Source: Pontimicrobium sp. IMCC45349
GTDB lineage: Bacteria > Bacteroidota > Bacteroidia > Flavobacteriales > Flavobacteriaceae
Assembly (NCBI RefSeq): GCF_047219225.1
Contig: NZ_CP178208.1
Coordinates: 2,804,001-2,868,000 of the forward strand
Reading direction: 5' to 3'
DNA: 64,000 nucleotides
Shown: one piece after another, positions 1 through 9,863 of the stretch
Layout of the letters: every line of letters starts with the position of its first letter
Numbering within the stretch: the stretch's first letter is position 1
The notes under the pieces: generated by a model
Databases searched by the model: none
What the model saw: only the letters and a program-made list of their open reading frames with translations
Told to the model about the DNA's origin: nothing
Program-made: the position numbers and the translations under genes

Positions 1-667
1 GGAGATCAATAAAATTTTACTCGAAAAGAAAATGGCGAGTTTAAAATTAGAGAACTTCCGATCTCAAATGAATCCACATTTTATTTTCAATGCTTTAAAT
101 TCTATACAAGATTATATCATTTCAAATGAGAAAGAACTAGCAAGTACCTATTTGGTTAAATTCAGTCGATTAATACGTATATATTTAGAGTATAGTCAGC
201 AGAACGAAATTACACTTCAGCAAGAAATAAAAGCACTAGAATTATATTTAGAGCTTGAAAAAGTACGATTTGAAGATGAGCTAGATTATAAAATAAGTGT
301 AGAAAATAACCTAAATGTAAATGCTATAAAAGTACCATCCTTATTCATTCAGCCTTATATTGAAAATGCTCTGAAACATGGTTTGTTACATGAAAAAGGC
401 GAACGCAAATTGCAGATCATTGCAACAAAAGATGAAGATAAATTAAAAGTTGTAATTGAAGATAATGGTATTGGACGACTACAAGCAAAAACCATTTCTG
501 AACATAAACGTATGCATAAACCTTTTGCCACTAAAGCTAATGCAGAACGTATACATATTTATAAAACGAAATTAAAAAAAGATATAAATGTTATAATTGA
601 AGACCTTGAGGAACAAGGAACAGCTTCAGGAACTCGAGTAAACATTTACATTCCCATAAAATTTTAA
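1..667 (+). CDS. LytS/YehU-type sensor histidine kinase, 5'-truncated by the window edge (only the His_kinase/HATPase part is present)
   Basis: The ORF frame is open back to nt 2. The protein begins inside the conserved H-box 'NPHFIFNALNSIQ' typical of LytS-family kinases, and the C-terminus carries an HATPase-like G-box (IEDNGIG). It is immediately followed by a LytTR regulator. Confidence 0.8.
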   Translation, partial: EINKILLEKKMASLKLENFRSQMNPHFIFNALNSIQDYIISNEKELASTYLVKFSRLIRIYLEYSQQNEITLQQEIKALELYLELEKVRFEDELDYKISVENNLNVNAIKVPSLFIQPYIENALKHGLLHEKGERKLQIIATKDEDKLKVVIEDNGIGRLQAKTISEHKRMHKPFATKANAERIHIYKTKLKKDINVIIEDLEEQGTASGTRVNIYIPIKF

Positions 668-671
668 GCAA

Positions 672-1424
672 ATGAAGGCAATTATTATAGATGACGAAAA
701 ACGTGCTAGACATTTATTGCTAGAACTTCTAAAGACCTATTGTCCTCAGATTGATGAGTCAATAGAAGCATCTGATTTAATTTCTGGAGTAGAATTAATT
801 AAAAACGAAAAACCACAATTGGTGTTTTTGGATATAGAAATGCCCAATCAGTCTGGTTTAGACATACTAGAGTATTTTCCTGAGCAAATAGATTTTAAGA
901 TCATTTTTGTGACCGCTTATAATCAATATGCAATTGAGGCTTTTAAGCTTTCGGCAGTAGATTATCTCCTAAAACCTGTAGATGTAAAAGAATTAAAAAC
1001 GGCAGTTTTAAAAGCTGAAGAAGCCATAAAAGCAAGTGATTTGAGTGGTCAATTAAACAAGTTGCGCCATTCGTTAAAGCAATTATCTATGGATAAAATT
1101 GCATTAGAAATTCCCAAAGGCATCTTATTTACATCCCATGATGATATCATCTATTTTGAAGCTGATGGTATGTACACGAATGTGCAGCTCAAAGATGGCA
1201 AACAAAAAACGATTTGTAAGCCTTTAAAGCATTTTGTGGAGCAATTAGAAAATAACGCTATGTTTTTTAAATGTCATAGATCGTATTTTATTAATCTAAA
1301 GTATGTAGAAGAATTAGTAAAGGATGATGGTGATTATTTAATGATGCATAACAAAAAGAAAATACCAATATCTAAATCTAAAAAAGAACAATTTTTGGAG
1401 ATCGTTAGAGAAACCTTTTTATAA
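672..1424 (+). CDS. LytTR-family two-component response regulator (REC + LytTR DNA-binding domain)
   Basis: N-terminal receiver motifs (IIDDE..., LVFLDIEMP, phospho-acceptor Asp context) and a C-terminal LytTR-type domain (FFKCHRSYFINL). It starts 5 nt after the kinase gene. Confidence 0.85.
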   Translation: MKAIIIDDEKRARHLLLELLKTYCPQIDESIEASDLISGVELIKNEKPQLVFLDIEMPNQSGLDILEYFPEQIDFKIIFVTAYNQYAIEAFKLSAVDYLLKPVDVKELKTAVLKAEEAIKASDLSGQLNKLRHSLKQLSMDKIALEIPKGILFTSHDDIIYFEADGMYTNVQLKDGKQKTICKPLKHFVEQLENNAMFFKCHRSYFINLKYVEELVKDDGDYLMMHNKKKIPISKSKKEQFLEIVRETFL

Positions 1425-1526
1425 AATGCGAGCTTAAGAAAAAAAATAAGAGTTTTCAGAAAAAGTTAAACGGTTTATAGTCAATAAGATTATTTTTTTG
1501 GGTTGGAAAATTAATAACAACTCATT

Positions 1527-2576
1527 ATGAAAAACAATATCTTATTACTATTTGTGGCGTTGAGTTTCAATTTTACTCAAGCACAGTTAGGTAAAATTTT
1601 AAAAAATAAAGCCAAAACAAATGTTGAAAAAGCAATTGGCAAAAAAGAAAATAACCCTAAAAATTCACAAAAAATGAATACTTCCAAAAAAAACGATCAC
1701 TCAGAGGATGAACTGTTATACTTATCATATCCTTTTGCTATGCAGTCTGGTATGAGCTTAGTAGGTGTAGATCGTGTAAAGCTACGTCGCCAAATGACAG
1801 ATATGGGTGATAATATAGACCTTTTACCTTCACATGATCCTGAGTATGCATGGCTTCGATTTTTAACCACACCAGAGCTAGAACTCATGTCACCAGAAGG
1901 CTATATTGGTTATGAGTTGGTATCAGGTTCATTTACCACAAAGGTTGGTTCTGATCGTTCACAAACTTTAGAATTAGGTACTGGGCAACCTATTTTAGTA
2001 AGAGGTATGTTTATTGCTGAGGATTTATTTATAGTGTATGCAGGCTCTCATGAAGGAGGTCATGCGTTTAATGTGCCGTCTTACATGAACCAAAATGATA
2101 TTACAGTTTTAAATATAGTAGGTAAAGCCGACCAGCAATTGCATCTAGATTGGTTAGAAAAAGCGTTACCTATTGTAAGACAATTTGAAGCTACTTTAGA
2201 AGACAATTATAAACAAGCCCAAAAAGCAACCATGGCAAGTATAAAAATGCCCAAACCAGGAGCATTTAATAATGATACAGCGTTGAAGAATTTTGCTAAA
2301 ACTAAAGTAGAAGAAACTATAGCAAAAGATGGTGCAAAATTATTAAAGCTTAATATAGAATCTAACGATTGGAACATTGTAAAAAACAAATACACAGGCC
2401 ACATTATGTATCGTTGGATAAAAGGTGCTTTTACCGAGAAAAATAAAAACAACGACTGTTACTTGCAAGGATTTTTAATAAAACAACAGTATAATGGAAG
2501 TGGTTATAGTAGTTCTGAGTTTGGCGGTATTATTCATGGACAAATGCCGTATGGACAACAAATGAATTGCCAATAA
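1527..2576 (+). CDS. hypothetical secreted protein (N-terminal signal peptide)
   Basis: Long ORF with a hydrophobic N-terminal signal-like segment (MKNNILLLFVALSFNFTQAQ). No recognisable catalytic motif. Confidence 0.55.
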   Translation: MKNNILLLFVALSFNFTQAQLGKILKNKAKTNVEKAIGKKENNPKNSQKMNTSKKNDHSEDELLYLSYPFAMQSGMSLVGVDRVKLRRQMTDMGDNIDLLPSHDPEYAWLRFLTTPELELMSPEGYIGYELVSGSFTTKVGSDRSQTLELGTGQPILVRGMFIAEDLFIVYAGSHEGGHAFNVPSYMNQNDITVLNIVGKADQQLHLDWLEKALPIVRQFEATLEDNYKQAQKATMASIKMPKPGAFNNDTALKNFAKTKVEETIAKDGAKLLKLNIESNDWNIVKNKYTGHIMYRWIKGAFTEKNKNNDCYLQGFLIKQQYNGSGYSSSEFGGIIHGQMPYGQQMNCQ

Positions 2577-2620
2577 TTTACTTCAGAAAAAAATCAACTA
2601 CATTCAGAAAAAACCAAATC

Positions 2621-2649
2621 AAAAACAGCCGAAACGGCTGTTTTTTTGT
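2621..2649 (+). terminator. rho-independent terminator-like hairpin (CAGCCGAAACGGCTG + T-run)
   Basis: A perfect short GC stem followed by TTTTTTT, directly after the stop of the 1527..2576 ORF. Confidence 0.6.
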
Positions 2650-2679
2650 ATTCAAAATTAAACTCATATCTCAATAACA

Positions 2680-5220
2680 ATGAAAAAAATATTACTCTTA
2701 TTTTATGTCTTAATGGGAATTACATGCTGCACAATAACTGCGCAAAATGTAAACATTCCCGATATTAACTTCAAAAACTATTTGTTAGCAGATGCAGCAA
2801 TTAACACCAATTCAGATTCTGAAATTTCTGTTGCAGAAGCGCAAGCCTTTACTGGCGAATTATTAATTAACGGTTTATCAATTTCAGATTTAACAGGTAT
2901 TGAAGCCTTTGTCAATATTACACGTTTAGATTGTTACAGTAATAATTTAACTGCCTTAGATGTTAGTAATAACCTTGCCTTAACGCGTTTGCACTGTGCT
3001 AGTAATCAAATTACAATTTTAGACATTAGTGCTAATACGCAAATTGTAGATATTCAATGCCATAACAATGGGGTTTTACAAGAGTTAAACATTGCCAATG
3101 GTAATAACAGTAACTTCACTTACATGAAAGCCTATGGTAATAGTTTATCGTGTATTCAAATAGATGCAGGCTATACGCCACCTGCAGATGCTGGAATTTA
3201 TAGTCCTGGATGGACCAAAGGTGGTATTGCACAATATAACGCTGATTGTGCCACTTTAAACCAAATTGTAACCATTCCAGATACTAATTTTAAAAATTAT
3301 TTAGTAAACGCTAGTAGTATCAATCTTAATGGTGATACCGAAATTTCTGTGGCCGAAGCACAAGCTACAACAGAGTTACTTATTAACGGTTTGTCAATTT
3401 CAGATTTAACAGGTATTGAAGCCTTTACCAATTTGACACGTTTAGATTGTTACACCAATAATTTAACCGCAATAGATGTTAGTAATAATTTAGCCTTAAC
3501 GCGTTTACACTGTGCTGATAATCAAATACAATCCATAGATATTAGTGCCAATACGCAGATTACAGATATGCAATGTCATAATAACGGTGTTTTAGATCAA
3601 TTAAATATAGCCAATGGTAATAACAGCAATATAAACTGGATGAAAGCTTATGGTAATCCAAGTTTAATTTGTATTCAAGTTGATGCAGGCTTTTCGCCAC
3701 CAGCAAACAGTGGTCAGTATGTTGTAGGTTGGACTAAAGATAATCAAACAAGCTATAGTGAAAATTGTATGCCATCAGTTTATTATGTAGATGCAAATGC
3801 AACAGGAGCCAATGATGGTAGCTCATGGGCAGATGCTTTTACAAACGTAACAGACGCTTTAGCACTTACCAATTTAAATGATGCTGTTTGGGTAGCAAAA
3901 GGAACGTATACTTTAGTAGACAAAAATACACCAATAGCTGTTAATACAAACCAAGTAGATATTATTGGTGGTTTTTCTGGTACAGAAACAACTTTAGCAG
4001 ATAGAGATTTAAGGGCAATTCACACCACAAATGCTACCATTTTTACTGGTGATATCAATGGCGATGATATTGATGGAGATTTTACATCTAATAAAACCGA
4101 TAATGCAGAGCGCTTATTTGAAATACGAAACAGTAACGTCACTTTTGATGGTATTATTTTTGAAAACATATACGACACCTCTCAATCTGGTGGCATACAA
4201 GAAAATGGTGTAGTATTTATACCAAATAGTGTAAATATTAACAACCTGAAGATCAAAAATTCAGTGTTTAGAAACAACTATTCTAACGGCTATTTGCTTA
4301 AAATGAGAACACTAAATGCTGGGTTATTTTTAGAAAACACCACATTTGTAAATAATACGTCTGTTAACTTAGGATTGGTTTATGTACAATCTGATAGTAC
4401 AAACGGTTATATTTTTACACGTTGGGCAAATGTTTTGGTTGCAGATAACGATATTAATCTTTCAGCATTACATATTTTCAGGTCAGATTTTGGTAATGGA
4501 AGCACTTTAGATGTTGTCATTAATAATAGTACGTTTGTTAATAATGATTATAACGGTACTTATGGTAATTCTATTACGGCATCAGGTAATGGTAGTGTAA
4601 ACCTAAATGTTAATAATTCTATCTTTTGGCAGAATACTGTTAATGGTGCAGCATCAACTAGAGATATTTCCAACGGACAGGATCAGACTTACGATGTGTT
4701 TATTCGAAATTCTATTGCAAATGTACCAGCAAACGCAGGAACTTATGGTACTTTTTCGGCAACAAACCTCACTACTTTAAACCCAGCAACCGATAATTTG
4801 AATTTAGACAGCGATTACAAACCAACAGTAGCTTCAAATTATATTATAGATCAAGGTGATAATGCTTATTACGATGTAGCTCTATTTGGCGATTTAGACT
4901 TATCAGGAAATGATAGAATTTTTAATACTACTATAGATTTGGGTGTTTATGAATACAATTCAACTTTAGGTATAGATGAAATTTCTAACATGGAAGATTG
5001 GCTTGTGGTGTATCCAAACCCAGTTTCCGAAACGCTACATATTAAAACTTTTGGTCAAGACTTAAAGCGTTTGGCATTATATAGTGTTAATGGGCAGAAA
5101 GTATTAGAGCAAAATGAAGTTCAAAATAGTGTTGATGTTTCAAATCTTCCTTTAGGAGTGTATTTTTTACAAATAGAAACGGCTCAAGGTGCTACAACTA
5201 AAAAAATTATCAAACAATAA
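2680..5220 (+). CDS. secreted leucine-rich-repeat / right-handed beta-helix protein with a T9SS C-terminal sorting domain
   Basis: Signal peptide. Two LRR-like blocks (LTRLDCYSNNLTALDVSNN...), then pectin-lyase-like repeats (NSVFRNN, NSTFVNN, NSIFWQN). The C-terminal ~75 aa (VYPNPVSETLHIK...LPLGVYFLQIETAQGATTKKIIKQ) resemble the Por/T9SS secretion tail. Confidence 0.75.
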   Translation: MKKILLLFYVLMGITCCTITAQNVNIPDINFKNYLLADAAINTNSDSEISVAEAQAFTGELLINGLSISDLTGIEAFVNITRLDCYSNNLTALDVSNNLALTRLHCASNQITILDISANTQIVDIQCHNNGVLQELNIANGNNSNFTYMKAYGNSLSCIQIDAGYTPPADAGIYSPGWTKGGIAQYNADCATLNQIVTIPDTNFKNYLVNASSINLNGDTEISVAEAQATTELLINGLSISDLTGIEAFTNLTRLDCYTNNLTAIDVSNNLALTRLHCADNQIQSIDISANTQITDMQCHNNGVLDQLNIANGNNSNINWMKAYGNPSLICIQVDAGFSPPANSGQYVVGWTKDNQTSYSENCMPSVYYVDANATGANDGSSWADAFTNVTDALALTNLNDAVWVAKGTYTLVDKNTPIAVNTNQVDIIGGFSGTETTLADRDLRAIHTTNATIFTGDINGDDIDGDFTSNKTDNAERLFEIRNSNVTFDGIIFENIYDTSQSGGIQENGVVFIPNSVNINNLKIKNSVFRNNYSNGYLLKMRTLNAGLFLENTTFVNNTSVNLGLVYVQSDSTNGYIFTRWANVLVADNDINLSALHIFRSDFGNGSTLDVVINNSTFVNNDYNGTYGNSITASGNGSVNLNVNNSIFWQNTVNGAASTRDISNGQDQTYDVFIRNSIANVPANAGTYGTFSATNLTTLNPATDNLNLDSDYKPTVASNYIIDQGDNAYYDVALFGDLDLSGNDRIFNTTIDLGVYEYNSTLGIDEISNMEDWLVVYPNPVSETLHIKTFGQDLKRLALYSVNGQKVLEQNEVQNSVDVSNLPLGVYFLQIETAQGATTKKIIKQ
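2746..3783 (+). repeat. tandem duplication (2 x ~519 bp) inside the LRR protein gene
   Basis: Two ~173-aa protein blocks are near-identical (NVNIPDINFKNYL...QYNADC vs IVTIPDTNFKNYL...YSENC). Long stretches are identical at the nucleotide level (e.g. ttaacggtttRtcaatttcagatttaacaggtattgaagccttt). Confidence 0.85.
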
Positions 5221-5276
5221 ATTAATTAATAACTGAGTACCTGTGATTGTTTTGCAGGTACTCTTAACAAAAACAT

Positions 5277-5816
5277 ATGAAATATTTTAAATCCTTATTC
5301 ATACTATGTGTGTTATCAATGACTATAGCTTGTAGTTCTGATGATGACAATAATAGCAATACTCAAAATATCCTAAAAGTAGGAGACGAGACGTATCCTA
5401 TCGCTTCAGTTTTTATAGAAACTAGAAATGATAATACCATTCTAAACTTTCAAAATAAATCAGAATCAGAACTAATGAATGCTATTGAAAATGGTGTAAC
5501 GTTAAATGATTTTAATTACAGTTATGTATTGATTAACCAAAATCCATTAGCATCTGGAATATATGGTATTACTGAAATAACAGAATATGAAGTTATATTA
5601 GATGCAACTATCAACGAAGGAGAATTAAATGAAGGAATAGTTGTTTTAGAAGATGATAGTGCAACAATTTCCGCTACTGCAATTGATGCTACAATACATA
5701 GTATAACGGATACATTTTTAGAAATATCTATCACTTTTTTACGTCAAGATGGCGTGGAAATAAGTGCGAGTTATAGCGGAACGTATTTTAACTTTCCTGA
5801 TAGCACTTTAGATTAG
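5277..5816 (+). CDS. hypothetical lipoprotein
   Basis: Signal peptide ending in a lipobox-like ...TIACSSDDDN. No recognisable enzymatic motif. Confidence 0.55.
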   Translation: MKYFKSLFILCVLSMTIACSSDDDNNSNTQNILKVGDETYPIASVFIETRNDNTILNFQNKSESELMNAIENGVTLNDFNYSYVLINQNPLASGIYGITEITEYEVILDATINEGELNEGIVVLEDDSATISATAIDATIHSITDTFLEISITFLRQDGVEISASYSGTYFNFPDSTLD

Positions 5817-5861
5817 GTAGTTTAGGTTAATTTTAGTTTAGTAAGCTTTCTTAATGAAAGT

Positions 5862-5892
5862 AAAAAGCGCACTTTTAAAAGTGCGCTTTTTT
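5862..5892. terminator. bidirectional rho-independent terminator (AAGCGCACTTTTAAAAGTGCGCTT flanked by an A-run and a T-run)
   Basis: A perfect 9-bp stem with an A-tract upstream and a T-tract downstream, lying between convergent genes (5277..5816 + and 5897..6142 -). Confidence 0.8.
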
Positions 5893-5896
5893 ATAA

Positions 5897-6142
5897 TTAA
5901 ACATCTGATTTTCCTATGTCATCGATGTTTGGTATTTCTTTATGTTTCTTTTTAATCGTCCATTTAATGGCATACTTTAAAAGAACGTATGCTAAAAATA
6001 TGTCTAATAGAATTGCAGCTATTACAGGACCATCAATAATGAAGTTTTCTACAGCAACAATTTGAATTATTATTCCAATGAAACTCAGAATGAAAAACAA
6101 ACCCAAAATGTAAAATAAAACTCCAAGAATTGTTTTAAACAT
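5897..6142 (-). CDS. small integral membrane protein (2 TM), co-transcribed downstream of dnaN
   Basis: An 81-aa ORF with two hydrophobic helices. Its start overlaps the dnaN stop (ATGA-type coupling). Confidence 0.5.
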   Translation of the reverse strand: MFKTILGVLFYILGLFFILSFIGIIIQIVAVENFIIDGPVIAAILLDIFLAYVLLKYAIKWTIKKKHKEIPNIDDIGKSDV

Positions 6143-7260
6143 TAGCTATTCAGCATTACAGGCATTACTAGCATAGTTACATGTTCGCCTTCATCCAAAC
6201 CATCAACTGGTGTTAAGATTCCTGCTCTATTAGGTAAACTCATTTCTAGCATTACATCATCTGCACTAAGGTTTCCAAGCATTTCAGTTAAGAAACGTGA
6301 GTTGAATCCAATTTGCATATCGTCACCTTGGTAATCACAAGTTAAACGCTCGTCTGCTTTGTTACTGTAATCGATATCTTCAGCAGAAATATTTAATTCA
6401 GAACCAGCCATTTTTAAACGAATTTGGTGTGTTGTTTTATTAGAGAAAATAGATACACGCTTAACAGAGTTTAAAAACTGATTACGACCAATTGTTAACT
6501 TGTTAGGGTTTTCTTTTGGAATTACTGCTTCGTAGTTAGGATATTTCCCATCAATTAAACGACAAATTAATACAGAATTATCGAAAGAGAATTTTGCGTT
6601 AGAGTCGTTATACTCAATAGTTACCTCATCTTCCTTACCAGCTAAAATTCCTTTTAAAAGATTTAAAGGTTTTTTAGGCATAATAAACTCAGCAGTTTCA
6701 CTAGCAGCAACATCATCACGTGTATATTTTACAAGTTTATGAGCATCAGTAGCTACAAATGTTAAGTTTTCAGTAGAGAATTGGAAAAACACACCACTCA
6801 TAACTGGTCTTAAATCGTCATTTCCAGCAGCGAAAATAGTTTTAGAAATTGCAGTTGCTAAAATATCTGAAGCGATTGTTGTAGCACTTGGATTTTCCAA
6901 AGCTACAGCCTTAGGGAATTCTTCACCATTTGCGTATGCTAATGCATATTTACCATGGTTAGAGCTAATCTCTACTGTATTATTGTCTTCAATAATAAAG
7001 GTTAAAGGTTGCTCAGGAAACGTTTTAAGCGTATCTAATAACAATTTAGCCGGAATAGCCACACTGCCTTCACTATCACTTTCTACTTCAAGTGTAGAAG
7101 ACATAGTCGTCTCTAAATCACTTGCAGAAACTGTAAGCTGAGAATGGTCTAATTCAAATAAAAAATTGTCTAATATTGGTAACGTGTTTGAGTTATTAAT
7201 AACACCTCCAAGCACTTGAAGTTGCTTTAACAAATAACTACTTGATACAATAAATTTCAT
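6142..7260 (-). CDS. dnaN: DNA polymerase III beta subunit (sliding clamp)
   Basis: 372 aa. The N-terminus MKFIVSSSYLLKQLQVLGGVI...TLPILDNFLFEL is the canonical DnaN start, and the length and three-domain layout are typical. Confidence 0.9.
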   Translation of the reverse strand: MKFIVSSSYLLKQLQVLGGVINNSNTLPILDNFLFELDHSQLTVSASDLETTMSSTLEVESDSEGSVAIPAKLLLDTLKTFPEQPLTFIIEDNNTVEISSNHGKYALAYANGEEFPKAVALENPSATTIASDILATAISKTIFAAGNDDLRPVMSGVFFQFSTENLTFVATDAHKLVKYTRDDVAASETAEFIMPKKPLNLLKGILAGKEDEVTIEYNDSNAKFSFDNSVLICRLIDGKYPNYEAVIPKENPNKLTIGRNQFLNSVKRVSIFSNKTTHQIRLKMAGSELNISAEDIDYSNKADERLTCDYQGDDMQIGFNSRFLTEMLGNLSADDVMLEMSLPNRAGILTPVDGLDEGEHVTMLVMPVMLNS

Positions 7261-7346
7261 CTATATAAATGTATTTATGTTCTAAATAATGATTATCTAC
7301 AAATATATCTTTTTGAGGCTTAATTATGAAAGAAACTTATTAACAT

Positions 7347-9740
7347 TTAAGCAGTATATTTTTTTCGTCTAAGGTAGTTGAAACCTAAGCCGAAAATAGC
7401 TAGTAAAGTCAATGGTAATGCTATGTTTACCACTTGCCATTTTGTTTTTTCTTCCGAAATACGCTGTTGATCTAAAAAGGCTACAGATAAATCTTTAGAC
7501 CTAATGTTTATAAGTCCATTATCGTCTAGTAGATAATTTACCGAATTCAGTAAAAATTCTTTATTTCCGTAGGTTTGTCCAGTCCATTTATCAAAGCCTA
7601 ATTCTTGAGGACCATTTCTGCCTACATCATTTTTTATGATGTCACCATCTGCAATGACAATCATTTTTGAAGGTGTACTTTTAGTAATATCGTTTTCTAA
7701 CTTAAAAGGCTTTACACGATTGTTATAAACACTTGTAAATTCACCTTCTAATAACACACCAACTGTTTGATTTCCCTTAGAGTATTGCTCTGGTTTTGGT
7801 TCTACAGTTGCCATTTCCAAACTAATTTCTCTTGGTGTACCATCTAATTTAGAGAGTAAAGAACTTTGTAAAAGAATCGTTTTTTTAATAGCGTTATTAG
7901 CTGTTTTTAAGGTGTCTATTTGATTTGCAAAATCTAACTTAACTAAATTGATGTTTTTGATAATTGGATGGTTGTTTTCCGAATTAATTAAAGGCGTATA
8001 AAACCATGGTAGTTGGTTAAATTGCGCTTGACTACCATCACCATTAGCTAAGGTTATTGGAGCAGAGTAGAGGTCGTTAACCAATACAGGATTGATGCGC
8101 ACACCATACTTAAAGAAGAAATCGGTTAGGTTTAAATCTCTAGTTACTGCATAGCTTTTACCTTCTGGATTGTATAAACTATCAGTTTCCATAGCTACTG
8201 CATCAATCATCCATAAACTCTTACCTCCATTCATAGTATATTGATCTAAAACTAATTTCTCTTGCTCTGTAAAAGCTTTGGTTGGTTTAGCTGATATAAT
8301 TAAATCGTAATCCTTTATCTTTTTTAAAGTTTCTTGCGGATTTGAAGCAACACTATCCAAAGTAAAAGGCGCAATAAAGTAGTAATCGCGTAAGGTAGTT
8401 ACAAAGTCTGCAATGTATTTGTTTTCTAATTGACCATTACCTCTTAATACAGCAATTTTACGTCGTTTAGGGTTTACTAATTTGCTAAAGCCATCAGCAA
8501 AAGCATATTCTAAGTGTTGAACAGAATTACTCACTAATTCTTGTTGTGATGCACCTATTTTGTTTTTTATAAGCTGAATTTTAGTAGTGACGTCACCATA
8601 GCTTGCCAATGCCCAAGGAAAAATTACTTCTTGACTCGTTTTTCCACTTTCTTGCACACTTAATTGCATAGGTGTTAAACCACGTTGTGCTAATAGATTA
8701 ATGTTTTGTTGACGTGTAACATCATCTTCAATTGGATTGATAAATTTAAAGTTGATGTTACTATTGTATGCCGAAAATTCTTCTAGAATTTGACGCGTTT
8801 CTGTTTGCAGACGTTTGAACTCTGTTGGAAAGCCTTCACCTTCTAAAAATACATCTATAAGTATTGGCGAATCTACATCTTTAATACTCTCTAAGGTTGC
8901 CTCACTAAGCGTATAGCGTTTGTCGTGAGTTAAATCAAAACGTTGGTAAATAGATTGTGTAAAGATATTTATAACCAATAAACCCATTGGCACAATTGCA
9001 AGTGTAATAGCAGTTTTCTTATCTATTTTTGAAGTGCCTATGCGTTTTACTGTAAAGACAATAAATAGTAAAATAATACTAAAAAAGTAGATAACATCTC
9101 TGGAGTCAATTACACCACGACTCATACTTTTAAAGTGACTACTCATGCCTAATTTATCTACAAAGGTGCTTGAGGTAAAGTCGCCTAAACCTTCAAAACC
9201 TATATAAAATAAGAAGCATAAAAATACGGCACTTATAAAAGCTACGATTTGGTTATCTGATAAGGTAGAAGCAAACACACCAATAGCTGTATAGGCTGCA
9301 ACTAAAAATAACAAGCCAAAGTAAGAACCTATTACACTTCCCATATCTAAGTTACCTATTGGGTTTCCTAGTTGTGAAACCGTGTACACATAGAGTAGTG
9401 TAGGTAATAATGCTAAAAGTATAAGTATAAGTGCACCAAAGTATTTTCCTAGTACAATATGTAAATGTGAAATTGGTTTTGTTAATAACAGTTCTAGTGT
9501 ACCTTGTTTTTTTTCGTCACTAAAGCTACGCATGGTAACTGCTGGAATTAAGAATATTAAAATCCAAGGTGATAATAAAAAGAAGGATGATAAATCGGCA
9601 AAACCATAATTTAAAATATTGAATTCGCCTTTAAATAGCCATAAAAACAAACCATTAAGCAATAAAAATAGTCCAATAACTAAATAGCCAATTGGAGAGG
9701 CAAAAAATGAATTTATTTCTTTTTTAAGTATTGCTAACAT
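7347..9740 (-). CDS. gliding-motility-associated ABC-2 permease fused to a GldG-like domain (GldF/GldG-type fusion)
   Basis: The N-terminal ~240 aa contain six hydrophobic helices like ABC-2/GldF permeases. The remaining ~550 aa are a large periplasmic-type domain ending in a single C-terminal TM helix, as in GldG. The size (797 aa) equals GldF+GldG. The assignment is by architecture, not by alignment. Confidence 0.5.
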   Translation of the reverse strand: MLAILKKEINSFFASPIGYLVIGLFLLLNGLFLWLFKGEFNILNYGFADLSSFFLLSPWILIFLIPAVTMRSFSDEKKQGTLELLLTKPISHLHIVLGKYFGALILILLALLPTLLYVYTVSQLGNPIGNLDMGSVIGSYFGLLFLVAAYTAIGVFASTLSDNQIVAFISAVFLCFLFYIGFEGLGDFTSSTFVDKLGMSSHFKSMSRGVIDSRDVIYFFSIILLFIVFTVKRIGTSKIDKKTAITLAIVPMGLLVINIFTQSIYQRFDLTHDKRYTLSEATLESIKDVDSPILIDVFLEGEGFPTEFKRLQTETRQILEEFSAYNSNINFKFINPIEDDVTRQQNINLLAQRGLTPMQLSVQESGKTSQEVIFPWALASYGDVTTKIQLIKNKIGASQQELVSNSVQHLEYAFADGFSKLVNPKRRKIAVLRGNGQLENKYIADFVTTLRDYYFIAPFTLDSVASNPQETLKKIKDYDLIISAKPTKAFTEQEKLVLDQYTMNGGKSLWMIDAVAMETDSLYNPEGKSYAVTRDLNLTDFFFKYGVRINPVLVNDLYSAPITLANGDGSQAQFNQLPWFYTPLINSENNHPIIKNINLVKLDFANQIDTLKTANNAIKKTILLQSSLLSKLDGTPREISLEMATVEPKPEQYSKGNQTVGVLLEGEFTSVYNNRVKPFKLENDITKSTPSKMIVIADGDIIKNDVGRNGPQELGFDKWTGQTYGNKEFLLNSVNYLLDDNGLINIRSKDLSVAFLDQQRISEEKTKWQVVNIALPLTLLAIFGLGFNYLRRKKYTA

Positions 9741-9863
9741 TTTTAGTTTATAAGTTTATTTGTTCTGTCATATCGAGCGCAGTCGAGATATCTCATTTTA
9801 TTGTTTATTCGTTCTCGATATTTTCAACATTTTTAAAAATAATTCAAACTAACTTAATTTTGA

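Noticed and set aside
1697-1888. Short antisense ORFs embedded within or opposite longer, well-supported genes. This group includes 1697..1888, 2207..2452, 4031..4213, 5522..5734, 9731..9916, 10315..10563, 12306..12500, 14143..14343, 18026..18220, 18581..18791, 20516..20710 and 21140..21322. It also includes 26995..27177, 28213..28407, 30478..30714, 31299..31625, 32307..32492, 33230..33424, 34481..34672, 35225..35608, 37133..37333, 38663..38905 and 39316..39696. The remaining members are 43157..43492, 43814..44107, 45622..45804, 49865..50056, 50214..50456, 50832..51091, 51280..51462, 56170..56406, 56749..56931, 59305..59514 and 60443..60652.
   Set aside because: Each lies entirely inside a longer ORF that has strong domain evidence on the other strand or frame, or it spans an intergenic region. 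Their compositions are low-complexity, as expected for AT-rich antisense frames. None has recognisable motifs.
5236-5264. Hairpin GAGTACCTG...CAGGTACTC after the LRR gene as a terminator
   Set aside because: It has a good stem but no following T-run, so it was not listed as a confident intrinsic terminator.
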